Assembly (NCBI GenBank): GCA_046484865.1
Contig: JAWOID010000026.1
Span: forward strand, 1-46,308
Source of the DNA: Candidatus Krumholzibacteriia bacterium
Lineage (GTDB): Bacteria > Krumholzibacteriota > Krumholzibacteriia > LZORAL124-64-63
DNA: 46,308 nucleotides
Direction of reading: 5' to 3'
Shown: piece by piece, positions 24,348 to 34,286 of the stretch
Numbering within the stretch: position 1 is the stretch's first letter
How the letters are laid out: every line of letters begins with the position of its first letter
The notes under the pieces: model-generated
The model's database searches: none
What the model was told of the DNA's origin: nothing
What the model saw: the letters and a program-made list of their open reading frames with translations, nothing else
Translations under genes and position numbers: made by a program

Positions 24348-26279
24348 ATGAGCACCCGGACCGGCAGCACCCAGGGGCAGACCCTCATCGAGAAGATCCT
24401 CGGGCGTCACAGCGACCAGCCCGCCCGGCCCGGCACCATCATCGACGTGGCGATCGACGTGCGCGCAGCCCGGGACTTCGGCGGAGCCAGCGTGGTGCGC
24501 AACCTCGAACGTAGCGGGCTCGTCCCGGCCGACCCGTCCCGCACGGTCTTCACGTTCGATTGCAACCCGGGCGGCAGCGACCAGGGCTACGCCGCCAACC
24601 AGCAGACCTGTCGCGTGTATGCCCGCCGGCACGGAGTGCGGTTGCGGGACATCGACCGGGGCATCGGCACCCATCTGGCCATCGACGAAGGGCTGGTGGG
24701 GCCCGGCGGCACCTTCGTGAGCACCGACAGCCATGCGAATATCCTGGGCGCCGTCGGCGCCTTCGGCCAGGGCATGGGCGATCAGGACATCGCCGCCGCC
24801 TGGGCCCACGGCAAGGTCTGGTTCAAGGTGCCGGAGACGGTGAAGGTGGTGCTGCGCGGCCGTCCCTCCCCCGCGGCCACGGCCAAGGACCTGGTGCTGG
24901 CCATGGCGCGCAGCCTCGGCGCCAACGGCCTGCTCGGCTACGCGGCCGAGGTCACGGGCGACGTGGTGGACGAGCTGGACGTGGCCGCCCGCGTGACCAT
25001 CGCCAGCATGGCCACAGAGATGGGCGGCATCATCGCGCTCTTCGCCCCGAACCAGGCGGTCATCGAACACTGCTCCCGGGCAGCCGGCCGCTCGTTCGCG
25101 CCGCTGGCGCCCGACCCGGATGCCGCGTACGCGCACACGGTGGAGATCGACGTCGGCGGGCTGGAACCGCTGGTCGCCCGGCCGGGCCACCCCGACGACG
25201 CCGTACCCGTGGACGAGGTGGCGGCCCGTCCGATCGACTCGGTGTTCATCGGGTCGTGCACGAACGGCCGCCTCGAGGACCTGCGGGCCGCCGCGGCGGT
25301 GCTCCGCGGACGGCGCGTGTCGCCAGGCGTCGTCCTGAAGATCGTGCCCGCCACCCGGACGATCTGGGAGCAGGCCCTCGCCGAGGGCCTCATCGCCGAG
25401 TTCATGGCCGCAGGCGCCCTGGTGGGCAACGCCGGCTGCGGCGGTTGCGCGGCCGGCCAGATCGGTCAGAACGGTCCCGGCGAGGTCACCATCTCCTCGG
25501 GCAACCGCAACTTCCCGGGGAAGCAGGGCAAGGGCGAGGTCTACCTGGCCAGCCCCGCCACCTGCGCCGCCTCCGCGGTGGCCGGCGTGATCGCGCGCGC
25601 CGACCGCCTGCCCGCCGCGGACGCGCCGGTGCTGATCGTGACCCGGGAGGATGCGACCAAGCGCGCCTCGGCGACGACCGGCGGAGCGGCTCCCGCGGGT
25701 GCCCCGGTCGCGGGCGCCTCCGCTGCAAGCGCCTCCGCCGCGGACGCCGGCGCCGCCCGCTCGGCCGGGGCCCGGGAACTCAAGCCCACGGTGCTGCGCG
25801 GCCGCGTCTGGCTCGTCGATCGCGACGACGTCGACACCGACATGATCTATCACAATGCCCACCTGGCGGTCACCGACCCGGCGCAGATGGGACGTCACGC
25901 CTTCGGCAACCTCCCGGGCTGGGAGGACTTCCCGCAGGTCGTGCGACCCGGCGACGTGGTGATGGTGGGCAGGAACTTCGGCTGCGGCAGTTCGCGCCAG
26001 CATGCGGTGGACTGCTTCCTCAGCCTCGGCGTGGCCGCGCTGGTGGCCGAGAGCCTCGGCGCCATCTACGAGCGCAACGCCATCAATGCGGGTCTGCCGC
26101 TGGTCGTGGCTCCCTGGCGCGAGGCCGTGGCCGCCGGCGTGCTGGCTGCGGGCCGGGAGGTCACGCTGAACCTGGAGACCGGCCTCCTCGCGTGGGACGG
26201 CGGCGAGCTGCAGGGCGAACCCTTCAGTCGCGTGCAGATGGAGATCTACCAGCGAGGCGGGCTGCTGGCGAAGGCGTGA
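24348..26279 (+). CDS. Fused aconitase-family hydro-lyase (LeuC/HacA large plus LeuD/HacB small subunit)
   Basis: TLIEKIL, DSH, IGSCTNGR, GCGGC, NRNFPGKQG, Ala-rich linker, then DVDTDMI, NFGCGSSR, RNAINAG; GGAGG RBS. Confidence 0.9.
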   Translation: MSTRTGSTQGQTLIEKILGRHSDQPARPGTIIDVAIDVRAARDFGGASVVRNLERSGLVPADPSRTVFTFDCNPGGSDQGYAANQQTCRVYARRHGVRLRDIDRGIGTHLAIDEGLVGPGGTFVSTDSHANILGAVGAFGQGMGDQDIAAAWAHGKVWFKVPETVKVVLRGRPSPAATAKDLVLAMARSLGANGLLGYAAEVTGDVVDELDVAARVTIASMATEMGGIIALFAPNQAVIEHCSRAAGRSFAPLAPDPDAAYAHTVEIDVGGLEPLVARPGHPDDAVPVDEVAARPIDSVFIGSCTNGRLEDLRAAAAVLRGRRVSPGVVLKIVPATRTIWEQALAEGLIAEFMAAGALVGNAGCGGCAAGQIGQNGPGEVTISSGNRNFPGKQGKGEVYLASPATCAASAVAGVIARADRLPAADAPVLIVTREDATKRASATTGGAAPAGAPVAGASAASASAADAGAARSAGARELKPTVLRGRVWLVDRDDVDTDMIYHNAHLAVTDPAQMGRHAFGNLPGWEDFPQVVRPGDVVMVGRNFGCGSSRQHAVDCFLSLGVAALVAESLGAIYERNAINAGLPLVVAPWREAVAAGVLAAGREVTLNLETGLLAWDGGELQGEPFSRVQMEIYQRGGLLAKA

Positions 26280-26584
26280 GCGCAAACGCGACCCGGCGGA
26301 CACCCCGCGCGCAGGACGGCGGGCGTGATCCGGCCGGGCTGATCGGCGGCTGCGGCCACGACACCGCACCTCCGGAAAAGGATGGGAACGCGAACGTTGC
26401 CCGGCTCGCCGCGCCGGGGCCCTGCGACCGGCGTGGCGGCCCCCGTTGCCGGACGGCTCCGAAGTCCCGATCTTGTCTTTGATCCGGCTCCCCGCGTTCC
26501 GCGGAGCCGTCGCCACCCCCTCTTCGCTCGCCGCGCGACGTGCCACCCGCGACCGGGGCCTCCGGGCCCTTCGGAGGTGCAACC

Positions 26585-27310
26585 ATGTTACGAATCGCGA
26601 CCGCGGCCCTGCTCACCGGCCTGCTCCTCGCCGCCGGCGGATGCTCGGTGTTCGGCATCGCCACCGAGGACGATCTGGAGGAGGCCATGCGGCGGAAGGA
26701 GGCACAGCAGCGGGTCCTCGAGGACCGGGTGGATGCCCTCGAGACGCGCATCGCCAGCGCACGGACGGCCATCGAGGACCTCGAGGGCAGCCTGCAGCCG
26801 CGCCTGGCCGAACTGGACACCCGGCTCGGCGACGTCGACGACCGGGTGGCGACCACGACGGCCGAGTGGAACGTCCTGCGCGAGGTTCTGACCGTGGGCA
26901 TGGACACGCTGCGCAGCGAGTTCGATGAGGTCACGGCCGAGGTGACGTCCGTCCGCGGTGACATCGACCTGGCCACTCAGGAGGCGCGGCGGGCCCGGTC
27001 GCGCAGCCAGGAAGCCATGCGCGTCCACTACGAGAACCTCGTGGCCGAACGCGACCACCTCGCCCTGCGCTTGCAGGATCTCGAGGCGAAGCTCCAGGAG
27101 TTCCCGACGCTGGAGGCCGCGGAGAGCGACGGGATCGCCGGCCAAGATTCGGCGGAGGTGCGCCCGGCCGGTGACGGTCGGGCTGCCCGCGAGACCGCCG
27201 CCGCGATCGTCGAGCCCGCGGGCCAGGAGGAACCCGGAAAAGGGAAGGTCGAGATCCGGGTCGTCACGCCCGAGGAGCGGGAGCGCGGCCGAGAGGAGCG
27301 ACGGCGCTAG
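26585..27310 (+). CDS. Coiled-coil lipoprotein of unknown function
   Basis: GGAGG RBS, lipobox AGGC, long heptad-patterned helix, acidic low-complexity tail. Confidence 0.75.
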   Translation: MLRIATAALLTGLLLAAGGCSVFGIATEDDLEEAMRRKEAQQRVLEDRVDALETRIASARTAIEDLEGSLQPRLAELDTRLGDVDDRVATTTAEWNVLREVLTVGMDTLRSEFDEVTAEVTSVRGDIDLATQEARRARSRSQEAMRVHYENLVAERDHLALRLQDLEAKLQEFPTLEAAESDGIAGQDSAEVRPAGDGRAARETAAAIVEPAGQEEPGKGKVEIRVVTPEERERGREERRR

Positions 27311-28875
27311 CCCGCGGACGCGGCAGCCTCCGCCGCCGCACGCAGGGCCCGCTTGTCCACCTTGCCGGCAGGGGTCCGCGGCAACTCGTCCAGGATGTGG
27401 ACGCAGCGCGGCAGCTTGTACGGTGCGAGGTTTTCCCTGACGTGCGAGAGCACCTGCCGCGGGTCCACCCCGTCCGGGCGGACGGGCACGACGAACGCCT
27501 CGATCGCCTCGCCCAGCAACGGGTCCGGCAGCCCCACCACGCACGCCTCGGCCACGCCCTGCACCTCGCAGACCACGTCCTCGATCTCCCGCGCCGACAC
27601 GCGGTTCGCCCCCACCTTGATCATGTTCTTGATCCGGTCGACGATGAAGAGGAAGCCGTCTGCATCCCGCCGTGCCAGGTCACCGGTCCGAAGACCCTTA
27701 TCATCAATGACACGAGCTGTTTCCGCGGGATCATTCCAGTAACCCTTCATGATGTTGTCGCCACGGGCCACGATCTCCCCCACCTCGTCCGGCCCGCAGG
27801 CGCGACCGTCCGGGGACACCAGCTCGAGTTCCACGCCGGGGATCGGGATGCCGATCGAGCCGAGCTTCTCCAGCAGGCGGTCCGGCGGCACGTAGGAGAG
27901 GCGCGCGCTGGCCTCGGTCTGACCGTACATCACGTACACGGCCACCCGTGCCGGCATCGCTTCGCGGATGGTGCGGGTCACGGCCGGCGGCATGGACCCG
28001 CCGGCCTGGGTGATGTAGCGCAGGTGGGACAGATCGGCCGACAGGAAGCCGGACTTGGCCAGGAGCATGGCATACGTGGAAGGCACGCCGGCGAACCCGG
28101 TGACCCGTTCACTCGCCAGCGTCTCGACCACCGCGGGGGGGAACGCCACCCGGTTGTCGACGACCAGGCGGCCGCCCGCACACACGTGGGTCAGGAGCAG
28201 GCTGTTGCCGTACGCATAATGGAAGGGCAGCACGACCAGCACGCTGTCCTCGGGGGCGAGCGGCAGGTAGGCCAGAATCTGACGGGTGTTCGCGGCCAGA
28301 TTCGCGTGGGTGAGGGTGACGCCGCGCGGCAATCCCGTCGAACCGCTCGTGTACAGGATGGCTGCCGTGTCGCCGGCGCCCACGTCCAGCCATTCGCGCC
28401 CGGCCGGGCAGCGGGCGACATCGGCGCCGTCCAGCAGCGTGAAACGCGGCGGCAGGTTCCACGAGGGATGGCGGTCATCGGTCACGATGCAGCGAAGATC
28501 GTCGAGCCCGGCCACCAGGTCGGGCAGGTCGCGTCCCGCCTGCGCGGCTCTCGTGACGAGCGCCACCGCTCCCGAGTCGGCCAGTAGCCTGCGGTGGTTC
28601 CTCGGCCTGTTCGCATGATTGAGGGCCACCACCACGGCGCCGGCCTTCAGGATGCCGAAGAAGGCCGTGACGTAGTCGCGCCCGTTCTCCGCCAGCAGCG
28701 CCACCCGCTGGCCCCGCTCCACTCCCTGGCGCCGGAGCGCGGCCGCCAGACGATTCGACCCTTCCTCCAGCTCGCCATAGGTGACCCGCAGGTCGCCGTG
28801 CACCAGGACGTCGGCGCCGGGGCGACGGTCGGCACTGTCCTCGAGGAAGCGGTGGATGGGCGGGTCGTCGGCCAT
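27307..28875 (-). CDS. Class I adenylate-forming enzyme (AMP-dependent acyl ligase)
   Basis: YTSGSTGLPRG, YGQTE, TGD, DRIKNMIK, GKVDK; start ATG 28875 or TTG 28887. Confidence 0.92.
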   Translation of the reverse strand: MADDPPIHRFLEDSADRRPGADVLVHGDLRVTYGELEEGSNRLAAALRRQGVERGQRVALLAENGRDYVTAFFGILKAGAVVVALNHANRPRNHRRLLADSGAVALVTRAAQAGRDLPDLVAGLDDLRCIVTDDRHPSWNLPPRFTLLDGADVARCPAGREWLDVGAGDTAAILYTSGSTGLPRGVTLTHANLAANTRQILAYLPLAPEDSVLVVLPFHYAYGNSLLLTHVCAGGRLVVDNRVAFPPAVVETLASERVTGFAGVPSTYAMLLAKSGFLSADLSHLRYITQAGGSMPPAVTRTIREAMPARVAVYVMYGQTEASARLSYVPPDRLLEKLGSIGIPIPGVELELVSPDGRACGPDEVGEIVARGDNIMKGYWNDPAETARVIDDKGLRTGDLARRDADGFLFIVDRIKNMIKVGANRVSAREIEDVVCEVQGVAEACVVGLPDPLLGEAIEAFVVPVRPDGVDPRQVLSHVRENLAPYKLPRCVHILDELPRTPAGKVDKRALRAAAEAAASAG

Positions 28876-28883
28876 GGCGTCTC

Positions 28884-29150
28884 TCAAGCTGCCTGCAACT
28901 TCCGCTTGATGAAGGCGACAAGGTTGTCCACCGAGTCCAGGTTCTCGGGGACGTACTCTTCGTCGGCGATCTGCAGCCCGTGCTCCTGCTCCAGGAAAGC
29001 CGCCAGCTCCATCACGCCGAGGGAGTCGATGATGCCGCTGTCCAGCAGCGACTGGTGGTCGCTCTGCAGTGCCGATGCGTCGCCGAACAGGAAGTTCTCC
29101 ACGATGTAGCGACGAACGCAGTCGTGCAGATCCCGATCACCCTGCACCAT
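28884..29150 (-). CDS. Acyl carrier protein
   Basis: SLLDSGIIDSLGVMEL phosphopantetheine motif, PENLDSV. Confidence 0.92.
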   Translation of the reverse strand: MVQGDRDLHDCVRRYIVENFLFGDASALQSDHQSLLDSGIIDSLGVMELAAFLEQEHGLQIADEEYVPENLDSVDNLVAFIKRKLQAA

Positions 29151-31257
29151 GGGGCCTCCTCCCGGACGCGGACGGCGCCGCGTCGGCCGGACCGCCGGCG
29201 GTGGTTGCCGGCGGCGTACGCCAGACCAGTGTCCCCGGCGGCAACGCCTGCTCGTCGAGGCGAGCCGCCAGCTCGGGACCGAACTGCCGCAGCAGGAGCT
29301 GCGTGGTCAGGATCCCGATGAAAGCCATGTTCTCGCGGGCGCTGGTCAGGCGCCCCGCCTGCCACTTGTCCCGCAGTCCAGTCACGCCGCGGACGCGCCA
29401 CAGACCGGCCTCGGACAGCGCCCGGTCGTCCAGCAGCCCGGCTGCCAGCGCGCGCCCCGCGTGCCCCGCGAAGCACGAGCTGTCGGGGGCGCGGAACGGC
29501 TGCTTGGGGCGGTTCACGACGGCCGCCGGCAGCAGATCGACCATCCCTGCTCTCAGTATCGACTTATCTCGCAGCGACTGCAGCTTCACCGACGCCGGCA
29601 GGGTGCCGGCCAGCTCCGCCAGCTCGTGATCGAGGAACGGGAAGCGTCCCTCCACCGCATCTCCCATGAGCATGCGGTCGCCCTGCGAGCTGAGCAGGTA
29701 TCCCGCCAGGAATGTCGTCATCTCGAGATACTGCGCGCGGGCCACCACGCCCCAGCCCGCGAAGTCGTCCGGCAGCGACGCAGCGAGACGCTCCTCCGGC
29801 TCGCCCGCCCTCATCCCGTGCAACGCATCCGGTACCAGGAAGGTGGTCATCCTGCCCGTGTTCCACCAGCGCGGACGGTGACTGAAGAACGGATCGGCCG
29901 GCCGATCGAGCCCCTGGCTGTAGAACCCGGCCAGGAACCGCGGCGGCGACGCTTCGAGGTAAGGGTAGAGTCGCGTGAGCAGACGACCGCGAATCGCGTC
30001 CTGGGGCCGCCGGGCCCAGAACCAGCGCACCTTGGCCTCGCGGAAGATGTTGTAGCCCGCGAACACCTCGTCCGCACCCTCGCCGGTGAGCACCACCTTG
30101 TAGCGCTGGCTCCGCACCAGGGCCGACAGGGCCCTCAGCGGCACCGGCGCCGTGCGCAGCACGGGCGTCTCGGCGTGCCAGGTCATGTCGCCGAGCCCGG
30201 CGGCGATCTGTTCGCGACTCATCCGGACCGCATGATGATCGGTGCCGAGGTGGGCGGCCACAGCCCGCTGCCAGTCGGACTCGTCATACTCGGGATCGTC
30301 GAACCCCAGCCCGAAGGTCTTCAACCGAGCCGACGTGTGGCGGCAGATCACGGCCGCGGTGGCCGACGAATCGAGACCGCCCGACAGGCATGCTCCCACC
30401 GGCACGTCCGCGCGCAGGCGCAGTGTGGCGGCCCGCACCAGCTGTTCGCGAACGAGTTCGGCCAGGCGCCGTTGCTCCGCCGCCGGCACGAAGCGGCGGT
30501 CCTCGGCCTCGGGCAGGAAGGTCGGGTGCCAGTACCGGCGCAGCCGCAACCTGCCGGGCCAGAACCTGGTGGCGGCCGCCGCCGCGTCCCCGGCCGGTCG
30601 TCCGCCGGCACCGCCGGCGGGCCCCTCGAGCACCGCGGTGTGCCCCGGCGGCACCTGCGCCACCCCGCGGAAGACGGTACGCGGCGGCAAGGTGCTCCAG
30701 TAGGTGAACACCTCGGCCACCGCCTCCGGATCCACCTCCAGCCGGCAGCCGGACCAGGCTCCCAGCGCCTTCACCTCCGAGGCGAACAGCAGATGGCCGT
30801 CGTACTCGGTGATGTACAGGGGCCGGATACCGAACCGGTCGCGCGCCAGGAAGAGCCGGCGCAGGTGCCGATCCCAGAGAGCGAAGGCGAACTGTCCGTT
30901 GAAGTGGTGGACGCAGTCCTCGCCCCACTCGCGGTAGGCGTGGACGATCGTCTCGGTGTCGCTGCGGGTCCGCAGCCGGTGGCCGCGGCCCGCCAGTTCG
31001 CGATTGAGCTCGGGGTAATTGAAGATCTCGCCGTTGAAGACGATCCAGTACCGTCCGTCCCCGATCGTGAGCGGCTGCTGGCCGCCGGCCGGATCGATGA
31101 TGCTCAGGCGGGCGTGGCCGAGGAAGGCGTGCGCATCCCGCCACGCGCCGAACTCGTCGGGCCCGCGATGGCGCAATGCTCCGACCATTCGCTCGGGGGT
31201 GCCCGCGTCCATCGACAGCGGCCCGCGCAGGGCCACCGCGCCGCAGATCCCGCACAT
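29137..31257 (-). CDS. asnB: Asparagine synthase (glutamine-hydrolyzing) family amidotransferase
   Basis: MCGICG, HRGPD, FNGEIFN, LSGGLDSS, LTGEGADE, EGRFPFLD. Confidence 0.92.
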   Translation of the reverse strand: MCGICGAVALRGPLSMDAGTPERMVGALRHRGPDEFGAWRDAHAFLGHARLSIIDPAGGQQPLTIGDGRYWIVFNGEIFNYPELNRELAGRGHRLRTRSDTETIVHAYREWGEDCVHHFNGQFAFALWDRHLRRLFLARDRFGIRPLYITEYDGHLLFASEVKALGAWSGCRLEVDPEAVAEVFTYWSTLPPRTVFRGVAQVPPGHTAVLEGPAGGAGGRPAGDAAAAATRFWPGRLRLRRYWHPTFLPEAEDRRFVPAAEQRRLAELVREQLVRAATLRLRADVPVGACLSGGLDSSATAAVICRHTSARLKTFGLGFDDPEYDESDWQRAVAAHLGTDHHAVRMSREQIAAGLGDMTWHAETPVLRTAPVPLRALSALVRSQRYKVVLTGEGADEVFAGYNIFREAKVRWFWARRPQDAIRGRLLTRLYPYLEASPPRFLAGFYSQGLDRPADPFFSHRPRWWNTGRMTTFLVPDALHGMRAGEPEERLAASLPDDFAGWGVVARAQYLEMTTFLAGYLLSSQGDRMLMGDAVEGRFPFLDHELAELAGTLPASVKLQSLRDKSILRAGMVDLLPAAVVNRPKQPFRAPDSSCFAGHAGRALAAGLLDDRALSEAGLWRVRGVTGLRDKWQAGRLTSARENMAFIGILTTQLLLRQFGPELAARLDEQALPPGTLVWRTPPATTAGGPADAAPSASGRRPHGAG

Positions 31258-31440
31258 GCTGCCGCCCCTGTCGCCGGGGATGACCGCGGCGGCTGGAGCC
31301 GCCGCCGACGCTGCCAGGGCGCCATGTTAGCAAGCGCGGGGCCGGCAGGCCAGAACGGGGCTGACGGAACGCGCCGGCGGCTCCATCTTGTCGGAAGGAC
31401 GCCGGCCAGGTCGATCTGGTCGGGGTCGCAAGGAGCGCCC

Positions 31441-32478
31441 ATGTCAGGCAACGGGATTCGCAGTCCGTTCCGCGCCGCCGCCCGAGCCGCCTCCCGGGTC
31501 GCCGCCCGAGCCGCCTCCCGGGGCGCCACCCGGGGCGCCACCCGGCAACGCATCGTCAGGGGCTGGACCGCGATCGGCAGGATGCGAGAGCGCCGTACGA
31601 CCGCGCGGCTCCTCGCCGGGACGATGGTCCTGGTCGCTGCCGCGGCGCTGCTCGTCGGGGCGGCCTGCCAGGGCGTGCGCAACTTCGGCCGCGGCAGCGT
31701 GCCGGTGGAGATCTTCACTCGCGGACCCATGATGGCCGCCGCGGGTTCCACGTTCACGGTCGTCAGCTACAACCTGCGCCACGGCCGGGAGGTGGATCTC
31801 GCCATCGCCGAACTGGGCAACCACCCGGTGCTCGGCAAGGCCGACATCATCCTGCTGCAGGAGATGGATGGCGCCGGCGTCGAGCAGATGGCCGGCGCCC
31901 TCGGGCTGAACGCCGCGTTCGCCCCTTCGTCACGCGACCCGGAGGGACGCAGCTTCGGCACCGCCATCCTCACCGCCGCGCCCCTGCGGGACGTACGGCC
32001 CGTCGTGCTGCCCCACGAGCACCCGGTGACCGGCCAGGGGCGGGTAGCCCTGCTGGCCACGGCCGCCTACCGGGACCACGCGCTGCGCGTGGCCTGCGTC
32101 CACCTGGAGATCCCACCGTTACCCCTGGCAGCCAGGCTGGAACAGCTGGATCACGTGATCGGGTCACTGGATCATGCCGAGATCCCGCTGCTGGTGGGCG
32201 GGGACTTCAACACGATCACCCGGTACGAGATGAACCTGGTGTCGCGGGCCATGCGGCAAGCCGGTCTGCGGCGCGTGAACATCGGCGCGAAGAACACGGC
32301 GTACCGATCGTTTCTCGGCTGGAGGGCGATCGGCGCGCGGGTCGATCACTTCTTCGTGCGTGGTCTCGACGTCCTGGCGGGTGGCGTGGTCCTGAACACC
32401 GACTCCAGCGACCACCGGCCGATCTGGGCGCAGTTCTCCTGGCCGGACGAACCGCCCCGGCGATTGCGCCGCGACTGA
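31441..32478 (+). CDS. Endonuclease/exonuclease/phosphatase family protein, probably exported
   Basis: SYNL, ILLQE, HLE, GGDFN, VDH, SDHRP; hydrophobic segment ending GAAC; start 31441 (AGGAG) or 31582. Confidence 0.85.
   Translation: MSGNGIRSPFRAAARAASRVAARAASRGATRGATRQRIVRGWTAIGRMRERRTTARLLAGTMVLVAAAALLVGAACQGVRNFGRGSVPVEIFTRGPMMAAAGSTFTVVSYNLRHGREVDLAIAELGNHPVLGKADIILLQEMDGAGVEQMAGALGLNAAFAPSSRDPEGRSFGTAILTAAPLRDVRPVVLPHEHPVTGQGRVALLATAAYRDHALRVACVHLEIPPLPLAARLEQLDHVIGSLDHAEIPLLVGGDFNTITRYEMNLVSRAMRQAGLRRVNIGAKNTAYRSFLGWRAIGARVDHFFVRGLDVLAGGVVLNTDSSDHRPIWAQFSWPDEPPRRLRRD
31476..31547 (+). repeat. 12-bp tandem repeat x6
   Basis: cgccgcccgagc/cgcctcccgggt/cgccgcccgagc/cgcctcccgggg/cgccacccgggg/cgccacccggca. 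Confidence 0.8.
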
Positions 32479-32480
32479 CG

Positions 32481-33641
32481 TCACGATGCCGCCACCGCTT
32501 GCCGCAGCCGCGCCAGCGCCTCGCGCAGGACGGCGTGGGCGCAACCGAAGTTCAGGCGCACGAACCCCGGCGCACCGAAATCACGGCCGTCGGAGAGCCC
32601 CAGACCGTGCTCCTCCAGGTGCGCCACGGGGTCCGCGAGGTCCAGTCCGCGGGCGTCGATCCAGGCCAGGTAGGTGGCTTCCACCGGCGCCATGGTGAGG
32701 CCCGGCAGGGCAGCCACCTCTGCCTGGACCATGTCCCGTCCCTTGCGGAGGTACTCGAGCAACGCCTGCCGCCACGGTTCGCCCTCGGTGTACGCGGCCA
32801 GCGCGGCCGTCAGGCCCAGCGCATTGACGTGCGGCACGATCCCCGCCATGGCCCGCCGGAAGCGCCGGCGCAGGCCGGCGTCCGGGATCACGGCGAACGA
32901 GCAGCCCAGCCCGGCCACGTTGAACGTCTTGCTGGGAGCCATCAGGGTGATGGTGCGCGCAGCCACCTCCGCGCTCAGGAGGGCGGTGGGCAGGTGCCGG
33001 CGGTCGGGATCGAGCACGAGCTGGTTGTGGATCTCGTCCGAGCAGATCACCACGTCGTGGGCCAGGCAGAGGTCGGCCAGCCGCTCCAGCTCGTGGCGGG
33101 TCCACACGCGTCCGCATGGATTGTGCGGCGAGCAGAGCAGGAACAGCCGGGTGCGCTCGTCGGCCAGAGCGCCGGCGGTGGCGTCCGGATCGATCGCCCA
33201 GCCGCCGGAGCCGCAGACCAGCGGGACGGTCGTGACCTGCCGGTCCATCGCTGCCGGCACCTTCAGGAAAGGCGGGTAGATGGGCGTGTGCGTGAACACG
33301 GCGTCGCCGGGCTCGCCCACCGCCCGGCAGCAGACGCTCAGGCCGGACACGAGTCCCGGCAGCCAGACGAGCCAGTCGGGCTCGGCCGTCCAGCCGAAGT
33401 CGCGTTCGAGGTGACCCAGCACGGCCGCCGTCAATTCGGGCAGCGGCTCCGCGTAACCGAAGACGCGGTGGCCTACCCGCCGGACCAGCGCATCCACCAC
33501 CGCCGGAGGCGAGGCGAAATCCATGTCGGCCACCCAGAGCGGCAGCACGTCGCGGCCGGCGTACCGGCGCCACTTGATGCTGTCGGTGCTGCGGCGGTCC
33601 GGTGGACGATCGAAATCGTAGGTCCGATCCGGCCCGCTCAC
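32481..33641 (-). CDS. PatB/MalY family PLP-dependent C-S lyase
   Basis: SIKW, LWVADMDF, LCSPHNPCG, SDEIH, APSKTFN, EATYLAW, RLNFG; GTG start overlapping upstream stop. Confidence 0.92.
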   Translation of the reverse strand: MSGPDRTYDFDRPPDRRSTDSIKWRRYAGRDVLPLWVADMDFASPPAVVDALVRRVGHRVFGYAEPLPELTAAVLGHLERDFGWTAEPDWLVWLPGLVSGLSVCCRAVGEPGDAVFTHTPIYPPFLKVPAAMDRQVTTVPLVCGSGGWAIDPDATAGALADERTRLFLLCSPHNPCGRVWTRHELERLADLCLAHDVVICSDEIHNQLVLDPDRRHLPTALLSAEVAARTITLMAPSKTFNVAGLGCSFAVIPDAGLRRRFRRAMAGIVPHVNALGLTAALAAYTEGEPWRQALLEYLRKGRDMVQAEVAALPGLTMAPVEATYLAWIDARGLDLADPVAHLEEHGLGLSDGRDFGAPGFVRLNFGCAHAVLREALARLRQAVAAS

Positions 33642-34132
33642 CGCCCGCGCTCCTTGAGCAGCACGCGCACATGCGCCACGGCCTCGGCGGGTGTGGCCGC
33701 CAGGCGCCACGGACCGGGCCCGGCCGCATCGAGGAACGCGGCGCCGGGATCGAAGTCCAGCAGCACGACCGGCCGTCCGAAACGGAGTGCCAGGGCGATT
33801 TCGCTGAGGGTGCCGCCGCTGCCGCGACAGGCCACCACAGCGTCGCTTGCCAGCACGTTGATGACGTTGCGCGCGGCTCCCATCCCGGTGGGAATGACGA
33901 TGTCGAGGCCCGGTGCGGCGGCGTCGGGATCGGCGTCGAACAGGACCCCGACCGTCAGCCCGCCGGCCTCGTGAGCGCCCGTCGTGGCCGCGGCCATCAC
34001 GCCCTCGGAGCGGCCTCCGTTGAGCAGGACCCAGCCGTGTTCGGCGATCAGCCGGCCCAGCTCGCGCGCCGCCCGCGTGGTCTCGGGCGTCGCCACGCAC
34101 CCTCCCATCACGCCCACGATCGTGCGCCTCAC
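33638..34132 (-). CDS. TIGR00725 / LOG-like nucleotide-binding protein
   Basis: VGVMGG, LNGG..GVM, TGMGAARN, GGTLSEI. Confidence 0.88.
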   Translation of the reverse strand: MRRTIVGVMGGCVATPETTRAARELGRLIAEHGWVLLNGGRSEGVMAAATTGAHEAGGLTVGVLFDADPDAAAPGLDIVIPTGMGAARNVINVLASDAVVACRGSGGTLSEIALALRFGRPVVLLDFDPGAAFLDAAGPGPWRLAATPAEAVAHVRVLLKERGR

Positions 34133-34286
34133 GGCAACCTCCCCGCCTCTGTCCAGCTCGACATCCGCGATCCGCCGCCGCTCCCGTCGGGACCCGGTCG
34201 TCCTGACGAGCCGCGACTGCGGGACGAGGTGCCAATGTAAGCCGGGGTGAAGCGGTGTTCCAGGCGCGGCGTGCGCCGGGGGATCG

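Noticed and set aside
24348..26279. Assigning leuC/leuD or homoaconitase symbols
   Set aside because: Key histidines are substituted and there is no pathway context.
29149..31440. N-terminal ~760 aa of the 1109-aa ORF, suggesting a large fusion protein
   Set aside because: Antisense to asnB; only the part from about 31441 has EEP motifs.
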